This document shows positions 28,977 to 38,930 of a stretch of DNA of 62,331 nt, piece by piece. The position numbers and the translations under genes are program-made. Under the pieces are notes generated by a model. That model saw nothing but the letters and a program-made list of their open reading frames with translations. It did no database searches and was not told the origin of the DNA. The stretch is taken from assembly GCA_046075565.1 (NCBI GenBank), contig JBJTQJ010000010.1, positions 1 to 62,331 on the forward strand. Reading direction: 5' to 3'. Position 1 is the stretch's first letter. Every line of letters begins with the position of its first letter. The stretch comes from Verrucomicrobiales bacterium (lineage in GTDB: Bacteria > Verrucomicrobiota > Verrucomicrobiia > Verrucomicrobiales > SLCJ01).

Positions 28977-30824
28977 ATGTCCCCCATTTTCCTCCTCGCA
29001 TCCGCCAATCCCGCCATCAACTGGTGGGTCGTTGCATTCTCCGCTGTCACGGTCATCGCCACCGTCTGGCTCGGCTTCTGGTCGGCCAAACGTGCCCGCA
29101 CCGCTTCCGACTTCTTTGTCGCCGGCAGGTCGGTCAGCGTGGGCTGGAATGCCTCCGCCATTTCCGGCGAATACCTCAGCGCCGCCAGTTTCATGGGCGT
29201 CGCGGGTATGGTGATGAGCAGCGGCTACGACGCGCTCTGGTATCCGGTCTGTTACGCCTGCGGTTACCTTTTCCTGCTGCTATTCATCGCCGGTCCGCTG
29301 CGCCGCTTTGGAGCCTATACCATCCCCGATTTCGCGGAAGGCCGGTTCGACTCACCGCTTTTCCGCCGCATCGCGGTTTGTTTTGTCCTTTTCATTGGAT
29401 TCTTCTACACCATGCCGCAGATGAAAGGCGCGGGCACGGCCATGGCCTTCATCATCCCCGGTCTCCCCTACTGGGTCGGCGTGGCGGTGGTCGGGGCCGT
29501 GATCACGGTCAATGTCGCCCTTGGCGGCATGAAAGGCATCACGCTTGTGCAGGCCTTCCAATATTGGTTGAAGATGTTCGCCATCTCCGTGCCCATCTTC
29601 GTGATCATGAGCGTCTATGGTAGCTACCAGAGCCATCTGGCAGCCAACGTCACACCGGCGGAAAGCAAAGCCGGCACGACATGGCAACAGGCCGCAGAAG
29701 GCGCAGGTGTGGAGCGACAATCAATTACCACCCAGGTCGCGGAGAAAAAAGCGGCCGCCGACGCGACGTGGATTTCTCCCTTCGGACCAATGACCTCGAA
29801 GGCCGCCAACACCGCCATCGCAGCGGGGGTGCCGGTGGCCGATACCAAACCCTTCGCCCTGCTTTACACCTACTCGCTCATCATCGCCCTGGTCTGCGGC
29901 ACGGCCGGGCTCCCGCACATCCTCGTGCGTTTCTACACCAACCCGGATGGTGTGGCCGCCAAACGCACCACGATGTGGGTCATGATTCTCATCGGCGTGT
30001 TCTATGTCTTCCCGCCCATCTTCGGGGTGCTCGGACGCAACCTCATGCCCGAACTCTACAACGGGGCGACCGGAGTGAAGGGCACCGACGGCTCGGTGTT
30101 GCATATGCCGCTGAAACTCGGAGGCACCCTCGGCTCGGTGCTTTCCGGCATCACTTGTGCCGGGGCCTTCGCCGCCTTCATGAGCACGTTCAGCGGATTG
30201 CTGGTCAGCATCACCAGTGCTCTCGCCCACGACATCTACGGACGGATCCTGCGTCCGCAATCCACTCCCGAGGATCGCATGAGGATGTTCAAGATCTTCG
30301 CGTTTGTTTGCGGTGCGGCGGCGATTCTCCTCGGCCTGCTGGTGGAAAAATTCGAGATCAATAAATTGGTTGGCTGGGCCTTCGCCATTGCCGCCACCAG
30401 CTACTTCCCCTTGTTGTTCCTCGCTACCTGGTGGCGCGGAATCACCATGAAAGGCGCGGCCACTGGGATGCTCGTTGGAGGGTTCTGCAGCCTCGCGGCC
30501 ATCGTGAGCACGATGATCGCCGATGCGGCCGCCAGCGGACTCAAGGAATGGAAAGCCGCCAACCCCGGCGGCGGACAAGCGCCGTCCTTCTTCGGTGGCG
30601 ACCTGAACCTCTGGTATGCTCAACATCCCCTTGCCCGCACGCTGGCGGAACAGCCCGCCATCTGGGCTCTTCCCCTCGCCATCACCCTCATGGTGGTCAT
30701 TTCCAAGGCAACCCGTGCGGAAATCCCTGGCGACGCGCGCCGCAAGATGCTCGTGCTGCACGCACCCGAGAAACTCGGGCTCAAGGAAGAATACATCAAG
30801 GAGCACGAAGGCCTCGGCCACTAA
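28977..30824 (+). CDS. actP: Cation/acetate symporter (SSS family, ActP-like)
   Basis: DFFVAGR, NASAISGEYLSAASFMG, GGMKGIT, GTAGLPHILVRFYT. Confidence 0.88.
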   Translation: MSPIFLLASANPAINWWVVAFSAVTVIATVWLGFWSAKRARTASDFFVAGRSVSVGWNASAISGEYLSAASFMGVAGMVMSSGYDALWYPVCYACGYLFLLLFIAGPLRRFGAYTIPDFAEGRFDSPLFRRIAVCFVLFIGFFYTMPQMKGAGTAMAFIIPGLPYWVGVAVVGAVITVNVALGGMKGITLVQAFQYWLKMFAISVPIFVIMSVYGSYQSHLAANVTPAESKAGTTWQQAAEGAGVERQSITTQVAEKKAAADATWISPFGPMTSKAANTAIAAGVPVADTKPFALLYTYSLIIALVCGTAGLPHILVRFYTNPDGVAAKRTTMWVMILIGVFYVFPPIFGVLGRNLMPELYNGATGVKGTDGSVLHMPLKLGGTLGSVLSGITCAGAFAAFMSTFSGLLVSITSALAHDIYGRILRPQSTPEDRMRMFKIFAFVCGAAAILLGLLVEKFEINKLVGWAFAIAATSYFPLLFLATWWRGITMKGAATGMLVGGFCSLAAIVSTMIADAAASGLKEWKAANPGGGQAPSFFGGDLNLWYAQHPLARTLAEQPAIWALPLAITLMVVISKATRAEIPGDARRKMLVLHAPEKLGLKEEYIKEHEGLGH

Positions 30825-30831
30825 GCCGGCA

Positions 30832-31713
30832 TCAATACTCGGGCGCTTTCACTCTACCGGCTTCATCTTCGGCGCGCTTGCGGTCGAGGATGCGGTCGGC
30901 GGTTTCGAGGATCATTTCCTCGAGCAGGAACCGCAGATGGCTACCGGCGCGGAAATCGGAGGGAGCCATGTGTTTCACCCGATCGGCATGGGTGGCCAAC
31001 TGGTAACACTTGCGGAAGCTCCGGCGGGTTTGGTCACCGGGATTATAGACGGCGATGGCACTGCCGCCGTATTTTTTCATCAGCGTGAAGCAGGGCACGT
31101 CGGTCGGACCATCGCCGATGTAGATCATGTTCGGGAAGGGCACCGGGCGCAGCTCGAAGGGCATGTGGTCGTTCACATCCTGCCGGTGATCCAACATCCC
31201 TTTGTGGATGCGGAAGAGATATTGGGTCTTGGTCGTGTGGCTGATGACCCTTTTCGGAAAACTAATCCGCCCTTGCGCGTCCTGCGCGAACTCGCATCCG
31301 AAGATCGCTTTGACCAATGGCTGGAGACGGCTGCCATCAAGCAGGGCTTTGAGCCCACTCGAGACGATATAGTGCTCGACATTGATCCCCATGTGCTGAT
31401 GGGTTTCCGGCAGGAACGACGTATTGAGTTCCTCGAAGACGGCCGGCACCCCGGGGTAGAAATTCAGCTTCGCCCCGAGGCGCACGAGATCGTCATTGGT
31501 CGGACGATCCATCTCGAGGTAGTCGAGCAGGACCTTCAGGTAGGCCAGTTCATTGTCGAACCCCTGCTCTTCAACCAGGCGCTGGCAGCGGGGCCAGAAC
31601 TGTTTCGGCTCGATGCCAAATTCGGGAAACAAGACATCGTCCTGCATGTAAACCGGACTCAGGGTCTGGTCGTAGTCATAGACGATGGCGATGGTGTTCT
31701 GGGGCGAGGCCAT
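30832..31713 (-). CDS. HAD-like hydrolase
   Basis: YDYDQTL, IVSSG, K in TTKTQ, YIGDGPTD. Confidence 0.85.
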   Translation of the reverse strand: MASPQNTIAIVYDYDQTLSPVYMQDDVLFPEFGIEPKQFWPRCQRLVEEQGFDNELAYLKVLLDYLEMDRPTNDDLVRLGAKLNFYPGVPAVFEELNTSFLPETHQHMGINVEHYIVSSGLKALLDGSRLQPLVKAIFGCEFAQDAQGRISFPKRVISHTTKTQYLFRIHKGMLDHRQDVNDHMPFELRPVPFPNMIYIGDGPTDVPCFTLMKKYGGSAIAVYNPGDQTRRSFRKCYQLATHADRVKHMAPSDFRAGSHLRFLLEEMILETADRILDRKRAEDEAGRVKAPEY

Positions 31714-31753
31714 GGGGACAAGATGCGCCGGATTCGCTAGGCTCGCAACGCGA

Positions 31754-32950
31754 TTACTGGCGATTCAACCGCTCTTTCACGTTTTGCGGGAGATTCGGCA
31801 TGGTTTCCAGCACGGCCCGGGCATTTTGGGCATCTCGGCGGAGCCACTCCCGCGCGATGCGGGTGACCGTCTCGTCGCGGCGTCCTTGATCGGTGATGGT
31901 GCCGGCCCAGGCCAAAGACGACTGCGGGTCGCGATGATCGATGGAATAAGCGAAGGCCTCGCGGACGCGATCATTTTCCTGATTCGCGGGGAAATTGCGG
32001 TTCACCCAGTCACCGGTGGCATTCGGGTCCTGTCCCGACCACTTTTCAATGATGTCGGCGGCTGCCCTTGCCTTGGCCTGCGGTTGGGTGAGCGATTCAA
32101 TCCAGGTGGCAGCCACCTTTGGGTCGGAATCTGCGAGACGATCCGCTATCCTGACGGCAACGCCGGCTTGCAGCCTCTCGTCACCGATGCTGTTGATCCA
32201 AGTTTTGGTTTGCTCGGGATCCTGTTTCCACATCTTGGCAAAGACCACATCGAGAGCGTTTCCGCGGGCTTCCCCGAAATTCATGGACTCAAGAGCGCTA
32301 GCCGCTTGACCGAGGTCAGTCTTGGCCAGTCCATGGACCGCACCCACCATGTTCCAGTTTTCCTGCGGATTGCCATTTTCATCCACCGGTGCGTTGGCTT
32401 TCGCCCACTCGATGGCTTTGGAGGGAGCAACTTCGGCCCAGGAACTGAGGATGGAGAAATTCGCGCGTTCGCTTCCAACTTCGGCGGTGTAAGCCAAAGC
32501 CGCTTCCGGGTCTTTGCGCCCCCACGCATAGAAGAGCATTGACGACTGATATCTTGAGGTCCCCCAGTCGTCCTGGCTGCGAAGAAGTTGATGAGCCTCC
32601 TTGAATCCCTCGTTGTCCAGTCCATCGAGTGCTTCCAGGAACGCCTTTTGGCGATCCAAAGAATTCAGGTTCGAGAATGAAGCCTTCAACTTCGCCAGAG
32701 CTTGAGCGCTCCCCGCGCCCGTCGCGCCTCCACCGCCGCCGGGAGTCCATGGCGAGGAGGATTTCGTGTTCACGGATGCAGAAGAGCCCGAACCGGAGGA
32801 TACCGAGACGCTGCCGGAAGACCCCGGTTGACCTGCTGACTGCCCGGAAGGTTTGTTTGCCTCGGCGGAACGGTGTTGGCCCATATAAAAGGCCCCGGCC
32901 ACGGTGATCAGCCAGAACCCGGCGATGGCGGTGAGTGTCGGTTTTTTCAT
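31754..32950 (-). CDS. Membrane-anchored all-alpha repeat hypothetical protein
   Basis: N-terminal TM, Ser/Gly linker, recurring W...DP..A..W helical repeats. Confidence 0.7.
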   Translation of the reverse strand: MKKPTLTAIAGFWLITVAGAFYMGQHRSAEANKPSGQSAGQPGSSGSVSVSSGSGSSASVNTKSSSPWTPGGGGGATGAGSAQALAKLKASFSNLNSLDRQKAFLEALDGLDNEGFKEAHQLLRSQDDWGTSRYQSSMLFYAWGRKDPEAALAYTAEVGSERANFSILSSWAEVAPSKAIEWAKANAPVDENGNPQENWNMVGAVHGLAKTDLGQAASALESMNFGEARGNALDVVFAKMWKQDPEQTKTWINSIGDERLQAGVAVRIADRLADSDPKVAATWIESLTQPQAKARAAADIIEKWSGQDPNATGDWVNRNFPANQENDRVREAFAYSIDHRDPQSSLAWAGTITDQGRRDETVTRIAREWLRRDAQNARAVLETMPNLPQNVKERLNRQ

Positions 32951-33128
32951 GTCGAGGGTAGGAATGTGAAGTTAGTTCGCAATAACTAAACGTCGCCAAA
33001 GCCCGAAAGTTTTCCCAAAAGTTCCGCGGCCGGATGCTCCAATCCCCCGGATCCGGGCCCCGAATCCGACAATTTCCGCAATAGCCATCGGGAATCCTCC
33101 GTTTATCGTCTGTCCTGAACTCCACCGC

Positions 33129-35489
33129 ATGAAAAAGGCTCTCCTCGCCATGATCGCCACGATTTCGCTGTGTCCGCTCCATGCGGTCGAAGTCATCCAG
33201 TCCAACGACCAATTAAGCATCGCCAACCAGGCGCTCCTGCTGTCCTACGATTTAAAAGCCGGCACGTGGTCCGCCACCAACCTCTCGTCCGATACGGTGG
33301 TTTTCGCCAACGTCCGCTTCACCGTCGATGAAACCGGATGGCAGAAACCCGCTGGAGTCACCCGTTCCTGGACGCAATCGGAAGTGAAGGATGAATTCGG
33401 AAGCGGCCGCACCCTGACCATCACCGAGACGCCCAACGGTGGCTACGCGCCGATCAAATCGCTGCATCTGACGGTTTATGAGGGGCAGCCGTTTGCCGTG
33501 CTCGGATTCAGCGTGACCAATCAACGCGAGTTCCCCATGCGGGTTGCCCGCATCGGCGTAATCGACAAGGCCAAGTTCCTGCCGGGAAAAAAACTCGATA
33601 AACCACAGGTTTTGCGCGGCGGAGCCGGCGCACAAAAAAACCATGTCGAAAACACCTCCACCATCGACGCGCATAACAATCTGCTCGTGACCGGCAAAGT
33701 CGATGGAAGCCGCCAATCGATGGTGGCCGGAGGCCTGCGCTACCGTGAATTCCTCCGGCGGCTCGTGTTGGATGAAAAGAAGAACGAGTTGACCATCACC
33801 ATCGAGGATCCGTTTGGCAAGCTGGTCCCGCCCGGCACCACTTATGAAGCGGTGGATACGGTCTTTCTCGACATCACTACTGCCGATCCCTTTGCCTCGC
33901 TTGAAGCCTATGGACTGGCCATGCGCGCCGCCAACAAGGCCAATCCAAAGCCCTACGATTTCCCAACGCTCTGCGGCTGGCTCGTTTCCCAAGGATCCTA
34001 CGGTGAAGGCAAACCGATCAACGATTCGGCATCTCTGGTCGGGCAGATGGAACTCGCCGTAAAATCGGGATTGCTGAAATACACCCCGGTAGCCATCCGC
34101 CTCGAGCCGGACTTCTATTGCGACCAGAATTATGGTGACACCCAGCAAGGATGGTGGAACGACAAGATGTGGGCGAAATATGGAGCCCTCACCCCTCCCT
34201 ACGAAACCTTCGGGAAGTTCTGCGGCAAGATCCGCGAACTCGGCGGCATCCCGTTCACCTACATCCAGACCAACATGCCGTCGAACGACTTCGCACTCGC
34301 CCACCCCGGCTGGATGATGCGCAGCGACATCACCCGTCTGCATGCAGAACACCGCCACCACATGCCATGGGTAAAATACGACTTCACCCATCCGGAGTTC
34401 CAAGCCCACACCCTCGCCATGTGGAAAGGCCTCGCCAAAGACGGACTGCTGGGCATCAAGTTCGATTATCCGGAAAGCGGTTGGATCCCCACCGGGGGCT
34501 TCCATGATGAAAAGCACACCACCACCACCGCCTACCGCAAGGTTTTCGAAATCTGCCGCGAGGGACTCGGCCCCGATGCCTTCATCCACGAACGCAATCT
34601 TGGCGAATACGGCACCCCCATGCTCGATGTGACCGCGGGCATCATCGACCTCCAGCGTGTCTGGGACGACTCCTCCCACTTCGAACCCGAGATGGCCTCC
34701 CGCATGGGCCTGCGCTGGTATAAAAACCGCAGCGTTTTTGGCTACTATCCGGATGGCAAATCCTTTAAGGGCATGGACACGGACGCCCGTCGCACCATGC
34801 TCACGCTTGTCGGGCTGCTCTCGGGGCGTCTCGAACTCGGCACATCATTCGGACGCATGACCCCCGAGGAGCAACACGATCTCACCCGCATCTATCCCTT
34901 GCTCAAGGGCACCCGGTCGTTCCGCCCGGTGGACATGCTTTCCGCCGCGCCGGCCGAGCCATCGGTCTATGTCTATGCCAGCGACACCGATGCCGCCCAG
35001 ATCATTCTTGCCAACAATCACGACAAAGCAGGTGATGTCGGCACTGCCCTTTCCGGCGACCAGGCCGACACCGGTTCGCTCGGACTCGATGCCACCGCCA
35101 CTTACCATCTCCACGACTTCTGGAATGATGAATATCTCGGCGAATTCAAAGGCAACGGACAAATCTCCCGTCCGCTCAAGCCCTTGCAGTCGCTGGTTTA
35201 CTCATTGCGCCGCAAGCTCGACCATCCGCAGGCCATCTCCAGCAATCGCCACATCATGCAAGGACTGCTGGAGCCGACCGGATGGGACCCCGCCGCCCTC
35301 ACCCTGAGCGGCACCACCCGTGTCGTCGCTGGAGAACCCGTCGTCATCACTCTCGCCGGAAACGGCTACCAACCCGTAGCCCCGGAGAAACCAGGAATGA
35401 GCATCACCCGCGAAGGCGACATCGTGAAGCTCACTCTCACCAGCGAAACCACCACCGATGTCGCTTGGTCGCTTGTCTGGAAAAAATGA
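33129..35489 (+). CDS. Secreted glycoside hydrolase, clan GH-D (alpha-galactosidase-like)
   Basis: Signal peptide, PTLCGW, YDFTHPE, GIKFDY (KxD nucleophile), LQRVWDD (acid/base), C-terminal DFW beta-sandwich. Confidence 0.7.
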   Translation: MKKALLAMIATISLCPLHAVEVIQSNDQLSIANQALLLSYDLKAGTWSATNLSSDTVVFANVRFTVDETGWQKPAGVTRSWTQSEVKDEFGSGRTLTITETPNGGYAPIKSLHLTVYEGQPFAVLGFSVTNQREFPMRVARIGVIDKAKFLPGKKLDKPQVLRGGAGAQKNHVENTSTIDAHNNLLVTGKVDGSRQSMVAGGLRYREFLRRLVLDEKKNELTITIEDPFGKLVPPGTTYEAVDTVFLDITTADPFASLEAYGLAMRAANKANPKPYDFPTLCGWLVSQGSYGEGKPINDSASLVGQMELAVKSGLLKYTPVAIRLEPDFYCDQNYGDTQQGWWNDKMWAKYGALTPPYETFGKFCGKIRELGGIPFTYIQTNMPSNDFALAHPGWMMRSDITRLHAEHRHHMPWVKYDFTHPEFQAHTLAMWKGLAKDGLLGIKFDYPESGWIPTGGFHDEKHTTTTAYRKVFEICREGLGPDAFIHERNLGEYGTPMLDVTAGIIDLQRVWDDSSHFEPEMASRMGLRWYKNRSVFGYYPDGKSFKGMDTDARRTMLTLVGLLSGRLELGTSFGRMTPEEQHDLTRIYPLLKGTRSFRPVDMLSAAPAEPSVYVYASDTDAAQIILANNHDKAGDVGTALSGDQADTGSLGLDATATYHLHDFWNDEYLGEFKGNGQISRPLKPLQSLVYSLRRKLDHPQAISSNRHIMQGLLEPTGWDPAALTLSGTTRVVAGEPVVITLAGNGYQPVAPEKPGMSITREGDIVKLTLTSETTTDVAWSLVWKK

Positions 35490-35512
35490 ACTTCATCCTT
35501 CCGAATTGATTC

Positions 35513-35986
35513 ATGACCGAGGAAAGCATTACGGTTAGGCAGGCGGTTTTATCCGATACGGAAATCATCGCTGATTTCAATATCGCGTTGTGCCGGGAGA
35601 CCGAGGACCGGGACCTCGATCGGGACATCGTGTTGAAAGGAGTCGAACGCTTTCTTTCCGAGCCGGCACGCGGCCGGTATCTTGTGGCGGTCATCGACGG
35701 CGAAGTCGTTGGCCAATCGGCACACACCTTCGAATGGAGCGATTGGAGAAATGGCGAAATCTGGTGGATTCAGAGTGTGTATGTCCACGCACGTTTCCGT
35801 GGCCAAGGCGTCTTCCGCGCTCTGTTCTCCCACATCAAGGAACTCGGTGAAGCGGCCCCGGACTGTTGCGGTATCCGGCTCTACATGGAAAGGGAAAACG
35901 AGACGGCACGCCATAGCTACCAACGACTCGGATTCAGCGAAACGGGGTATGAGGTTTTCGAACTTCTGTTTCCCACCGTCGGTTGA
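35513..35986 (+). CDS. GNAT N-acetyltransferase
   Basis: EWSDWRNG, VYVHARFRGQGVF, N..A...Y..LGF. Confidence 0.92.
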   Translation: MTEESITVRQAVLSDTEIIADFNIALCRETEDRDLDRDIVLKGVERFLSEPARGRYLVAVIDGEVVGQSAHTFEWSDWRNGEIWWIQSVYVHARFRGQGVFRALFSHIKELGEAAPDCCGIRLYMERENETARHSYQRLGFSETGYEVFELLFPTVG

Positions 35987-36076
35987 CCTTGACCGCCGGG
36001 GATCGGGTGTAGCTCGATTCATCATCGACACCACGATTGTCCACATCGGGTTTGCCCGTGAGCGCCGCAGGCTTTC

Positions 36077-36166
36077 GGACTGCTGGGATTCTTCCCAGCT
36101 CTTGAGGCGAGGCGGCTTCACCCTCAAAGCGGTGGAGGAACCACCGCACTCCAGAGCCTCCGGCGG
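36077..36166. repeat. REP-like doublet between convergent genes
   Basis: GGACTGCTGGGATTCTTCCCAGCTCT and AAAGCGGTGGAGGAACCACCGCACTCCAGAGCCTCCGGCGG; halves recur at about 54299-54325, 54400-54435 and 15833-15875. Confidence 0.82.
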
Positions 36167-36206
36167 TAATAGACCCACCACCACAGGGTTGGAACAATTG
36201 CCATTC

Positions 36207-36446
36207 TCACACGTTCGCCCGTGGGTTCCGTTCGCTGGGGCGTCCGCAATGCGGGCAAGTGGCGAAGTGGGACGACGAGCGGTCGATGAAGACATGTCCG
36301 CAGGCGCGGCACGCGACTTTTTCCATGGATTCGCGGTGGCGGATGCGGGCGGTGCGGCGAGTGGAGGCGATCCACGCAATGCCGATGATGGACAGCACAA
36401 CGGCCAGATAGATCAAAACGAGAGCAACGAGGGGAATTTTGATCAT
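36207..36446 (-). CDS. Small membrane-anchored zinc-ribbon protein
   Basis: N-terminal TM, Arg-rich linker, CRACG...CPHCG; ATGA overlap with the upstream gene. Confidence 0.78.
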   Translation of the reverse strand: MIKIPLVALVLIYLAVVLSIIGIAWIASTRRTARIRHRESMEKVACRACGHVFIDRSSSHFATCPHCGRPSERNPRANV

Positions 36447-37195
36447 GATTTTGGGCCGGGGGCAAACCGGAGGTTGAGCCAACGGACGGCACCGGGAGCG
36501 GGCCGGATTGATTCCGGGACAATGATATTGAGCAAATGCCGCCGCAGGGCCGCATCGGCGGCTCCGCCGGTCGAGCGGAGGGGCACCGCCTCGGCAACCT
36601 GTCCGCTATCGGTGACGCGGGCTTGCCAGAGCGATTCACCGGTCACGAGAGTTGGCTCGGGACAGGTCCATGGCATTTCGGTTTGTTCCCCGGTGGCGGG
36701 ATCTTCCCAGAGGGTTTGGCCATCACGCGCGGGCGAAGGCAATCCGGCCATGGGCAATTCTTCGGTTGGTGGAAGGGCGGCGGGCACTGCGTTGGGAAAG
36801 ACGAGGGGCTGGTTGAGGGAACGCGGAGGCAGGCGTTCGAAACCGGGTTGGTATCCATCGAAGGAAAGCCGCATCGGAACCAAGTCGATGGCGGGAGGGC
36901 CGTCGCGAAAGGGCACGGCCCCGGAGAAGGCCCCGAGCGCAGGTCCGTGGCGGGCGAGGTTGGCGAGCACGTCCGGATCATCGGCGCGCAGTTGCCAGAC
37001 CTCCGCGTCGCGCGGCAGTGATTTCTGGTTGGGCGGATAGACAACCCTGAAGAGATAAAACCCCGCGATGTGAAGCGCGAATGAGAGGAGCAAGAAGAAT
37101 CCGAGACGAAAGGACAATACATGCGGGCGCTTCCAGCGAAAGATCATCGGCACCGGTCGCCGGCGTTCATTTCTCCGTGCCAACCAGGTGATCAT
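36443..37195 (-). CDS. TonB/TolA-like energy transducer
   Basis: TM with SFALH (SxxxH), Pro-rich middle, C-terminal ARVTDSGQV...RSTGGAADAA resembling TonB_C. Confidence 0.65.
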   Translation of the reverse strand: MITWLARRNERRRPVPMIFRWKRPHVLSFRLGFFLLLSFALHIAGFYLFRVVYPPNQKSLPRDAEVWQLRADDPDVLANLARHGPALGAFSGAVPFRDGPPAIDLVPMRLSFDGYQPGFERLPPRSLNQPLVFPNAVPAALPPTEELPMAGLPSPARDGQTLWEDPATGEQTEMPWTCPEPTLVTGESLWQARVTDSGQVAEAVPLRSTGGAADAALRRHLLNIIVPESIRPAPGAVRWLNLRFAPGPKS

Positions 37196-37199
37196 AATC

Positions 37200-37628
37200 T
37201 CAGGGATTTTCGGCGGGTTGCGCGGCCTCCGCGACACGGAAGCCTTTGGCAAGGGCGAGGTTTTTCACCTTCATGGCCATTCCGTGGGAAGTGGTCTGAT
37301 CCATCTTCAACACGAGCGTGGAGACACGCCCGAGGCGATTCCGATCGGCCGCGGCGAGATCCTTGAGGTCGGTTTCGAGGCGGTCGAGATCGGTTTCCAA
37401 ATCATTGAGCAGTAATTTTGGCGGCGTGCCGGCGGAAACCACCAGCACATGAGCCTCGGCCAGCCCCTGGAGGGAAAACGAAGAGGGAGGGAGTTCGATC
37501 CGGACTCCGGATGGCGAAACCAACGATGAGCCTAACAAGAAGAACAACAACAAGGTCGCAAAGACATCCACGAGAGGCGCGACCAGCATCATCTCGCCAC
37601 GGAAATCGAGATGGGAGCGGAGTTTCAC
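37200..37628 (-). CDS. exbD: ExbD/TolR-family protein
   Basis: APLVDVFATLLLFFL (conserved TM Asp), IELP, LKMD. Confidence 0.88.
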   Translation of the reverse strand: MKLRSHLDFRGEMMLVAPLVDVFATLLLFFLLGSSLVSPSGVRIELPPSSFSLQGLAEAHVLVVSAGTPPKLLLNDLETDLDRLETDLKDLAAADRNRLGRVSTLVLKMDQTTSHGMAMKVKNLALAKGFRVAEAAQPAENP

Positions 37629-38290
37629 GAAGCCACCTCCTCATCGTCGGGTTTGGTCCGTGCGTCCATAATCAGATTCACGACTTCAATGCCGGCGCGC
37701 TCCATGTCGTGCATGAGCTGGCGGCAACGGGCGAGGGTGAAGTGATAGAGGATATACACCGGCACCCCGACAAAGAGTCCACCAGCGGTGGTGATGAGGC
37801 TCTGGTAAACCGAACGCGAGAGTTGCACCGGCGTGGCATAACCGGTGACCTCGCTCACCTGCACGAAGGCGTCGATAAGACCGAGGATGGTGCCGAGCAA
37901 TCCGAAAAGCGGCGTGCAGAGGGCGATGGTCGAGAGCACGGGCAGATGGAGTTCGAGGCGGCCGAGTTCGATTTGTCCGGATTCCTGGACGACATCGCGT
38001 AATTCGGCGCGGGGCAAATGCGGACGCTGGAGGGCGGATTGCACCACGCGGGCCACCGGTCCGGGGGCGGCCCGGCTTTCCCGGAGCGCTTCATCAAGGC
38101 GGCCCTGCCCGATGAGCCGGCCGATTCCCTGGAGCAATTCTCCCACATGTACGCTGGAACGGTGGTAAAAAAACAGCCGCTCGGCCGCCACGGCCATGGC
38201 GATGATGCTGCATCCGAGGAGCAGCCACATGATCTGGCCGCCTTTGTCAATCAGTTCGAACATGGTGATGGTGAGGTGACTCGGCCACAC
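37625..38290 (-). CDS. exbB: ExbB/TolQ/MotA-family proton channel
   Basis: GGQIMW..AER, PLFGLLGTILGLIDAF, LITTAGGL. Confidence 0.92.
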   Translation of the reverse strand: MWPSHLTITMFELIDKGGQIMWLLLGCSIIAMAVAAERLFFYHRSSVHVGELLQGIGRLIGQGRLDEALRESRAAPGPVARVVQSALQRPHLPRAELRDVVQESGQIELGRLELHLPVLSTIALCTPLFGLLGTILGLIDAFVQVSEVTGYATPVQLSRSVYQSLITTAGGLFVGVPVYILYHFTLARCRQLMHDMERAGIEVVNLIMDARTKPDDEEVAS

Positions 38291-38423
38291 TTTACCCGCG
38301 AAAGGGAAATTGAAACCACGGATTTCTCGGCCGGACCCGTATTTTTCGGCACTTGCATGGGGAGGGCGCGGCTCGGAAGAGGTGGAGAATCCATTTCCCG
38401 ACCGGCTGGCAGCGCGGTCGCGC

Positions 38424-38930
38424 TCATTTCAACGACGTCTCCTGCGAGGAGAATCGGCGGGCATCCTCACGGGTTTCCTGCTGGAATGGCACGGGGATTT
38501 TGGAAAGCGGAGGCAGGCGGGTATCCTCGTCGGCGAGGGCGGCCATGAGCCGGGGCAAGTGGCGGCGCACCGCGAAGGCGACCGCTCCCTCGGCATGAGC
38601 GCTGTCGTGCACGACGACGAGCCGGTGGCGGGCTCCGGCAGTGATGACCCCGCAACCGCCGCAGTGGGCGCGCTGCCAGAATTCGCCGGGCGAACCGAGG
38701 GCGGCGAGTCGCGAAACCTCGCGGGCGGCGACAAAGGCATTGATGGCGAGCACGGCGAGCGGTTCGGCGGTGGAAACTTCGATTTGGCCGGCATGGCGCA
38801 ATAACATGCCCGCTTCGTCGGCGAGCACGATGCCGCTGGCTCCGCTTTCGCGCACCATCTCCGCGAGCACCAGGCCGACGATGTTTTCACCGGACGGCGG
38901 GTTGAAGGTGGATTCCGGAGGCGTATTCAT
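38424..38930 (-). CDS. mglB: Roadblock/LC7 protein, MglB-like
   Basis: LAEMVRESGASGIVLADEAG..G..LAVLA...LVVV..GAV roadblock pattern; ATGA-coupled to mglA. Confidence 0.78.
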   Translation of the reverse strand: MNTPPESTFNPPSGENIVGLVLAEMVRESGASGIVLADEAGMLLRHAGQIEVSTAEPLAVLAINAFVAAREVSRLAALGSPGEFWQRAHCGGCGVITAGARHRLVVVHDSAHAEGAVAFAVRRHLPRLMAALADEDTRLPPLSKIPVPFQQETREDARRFSSQETSLK

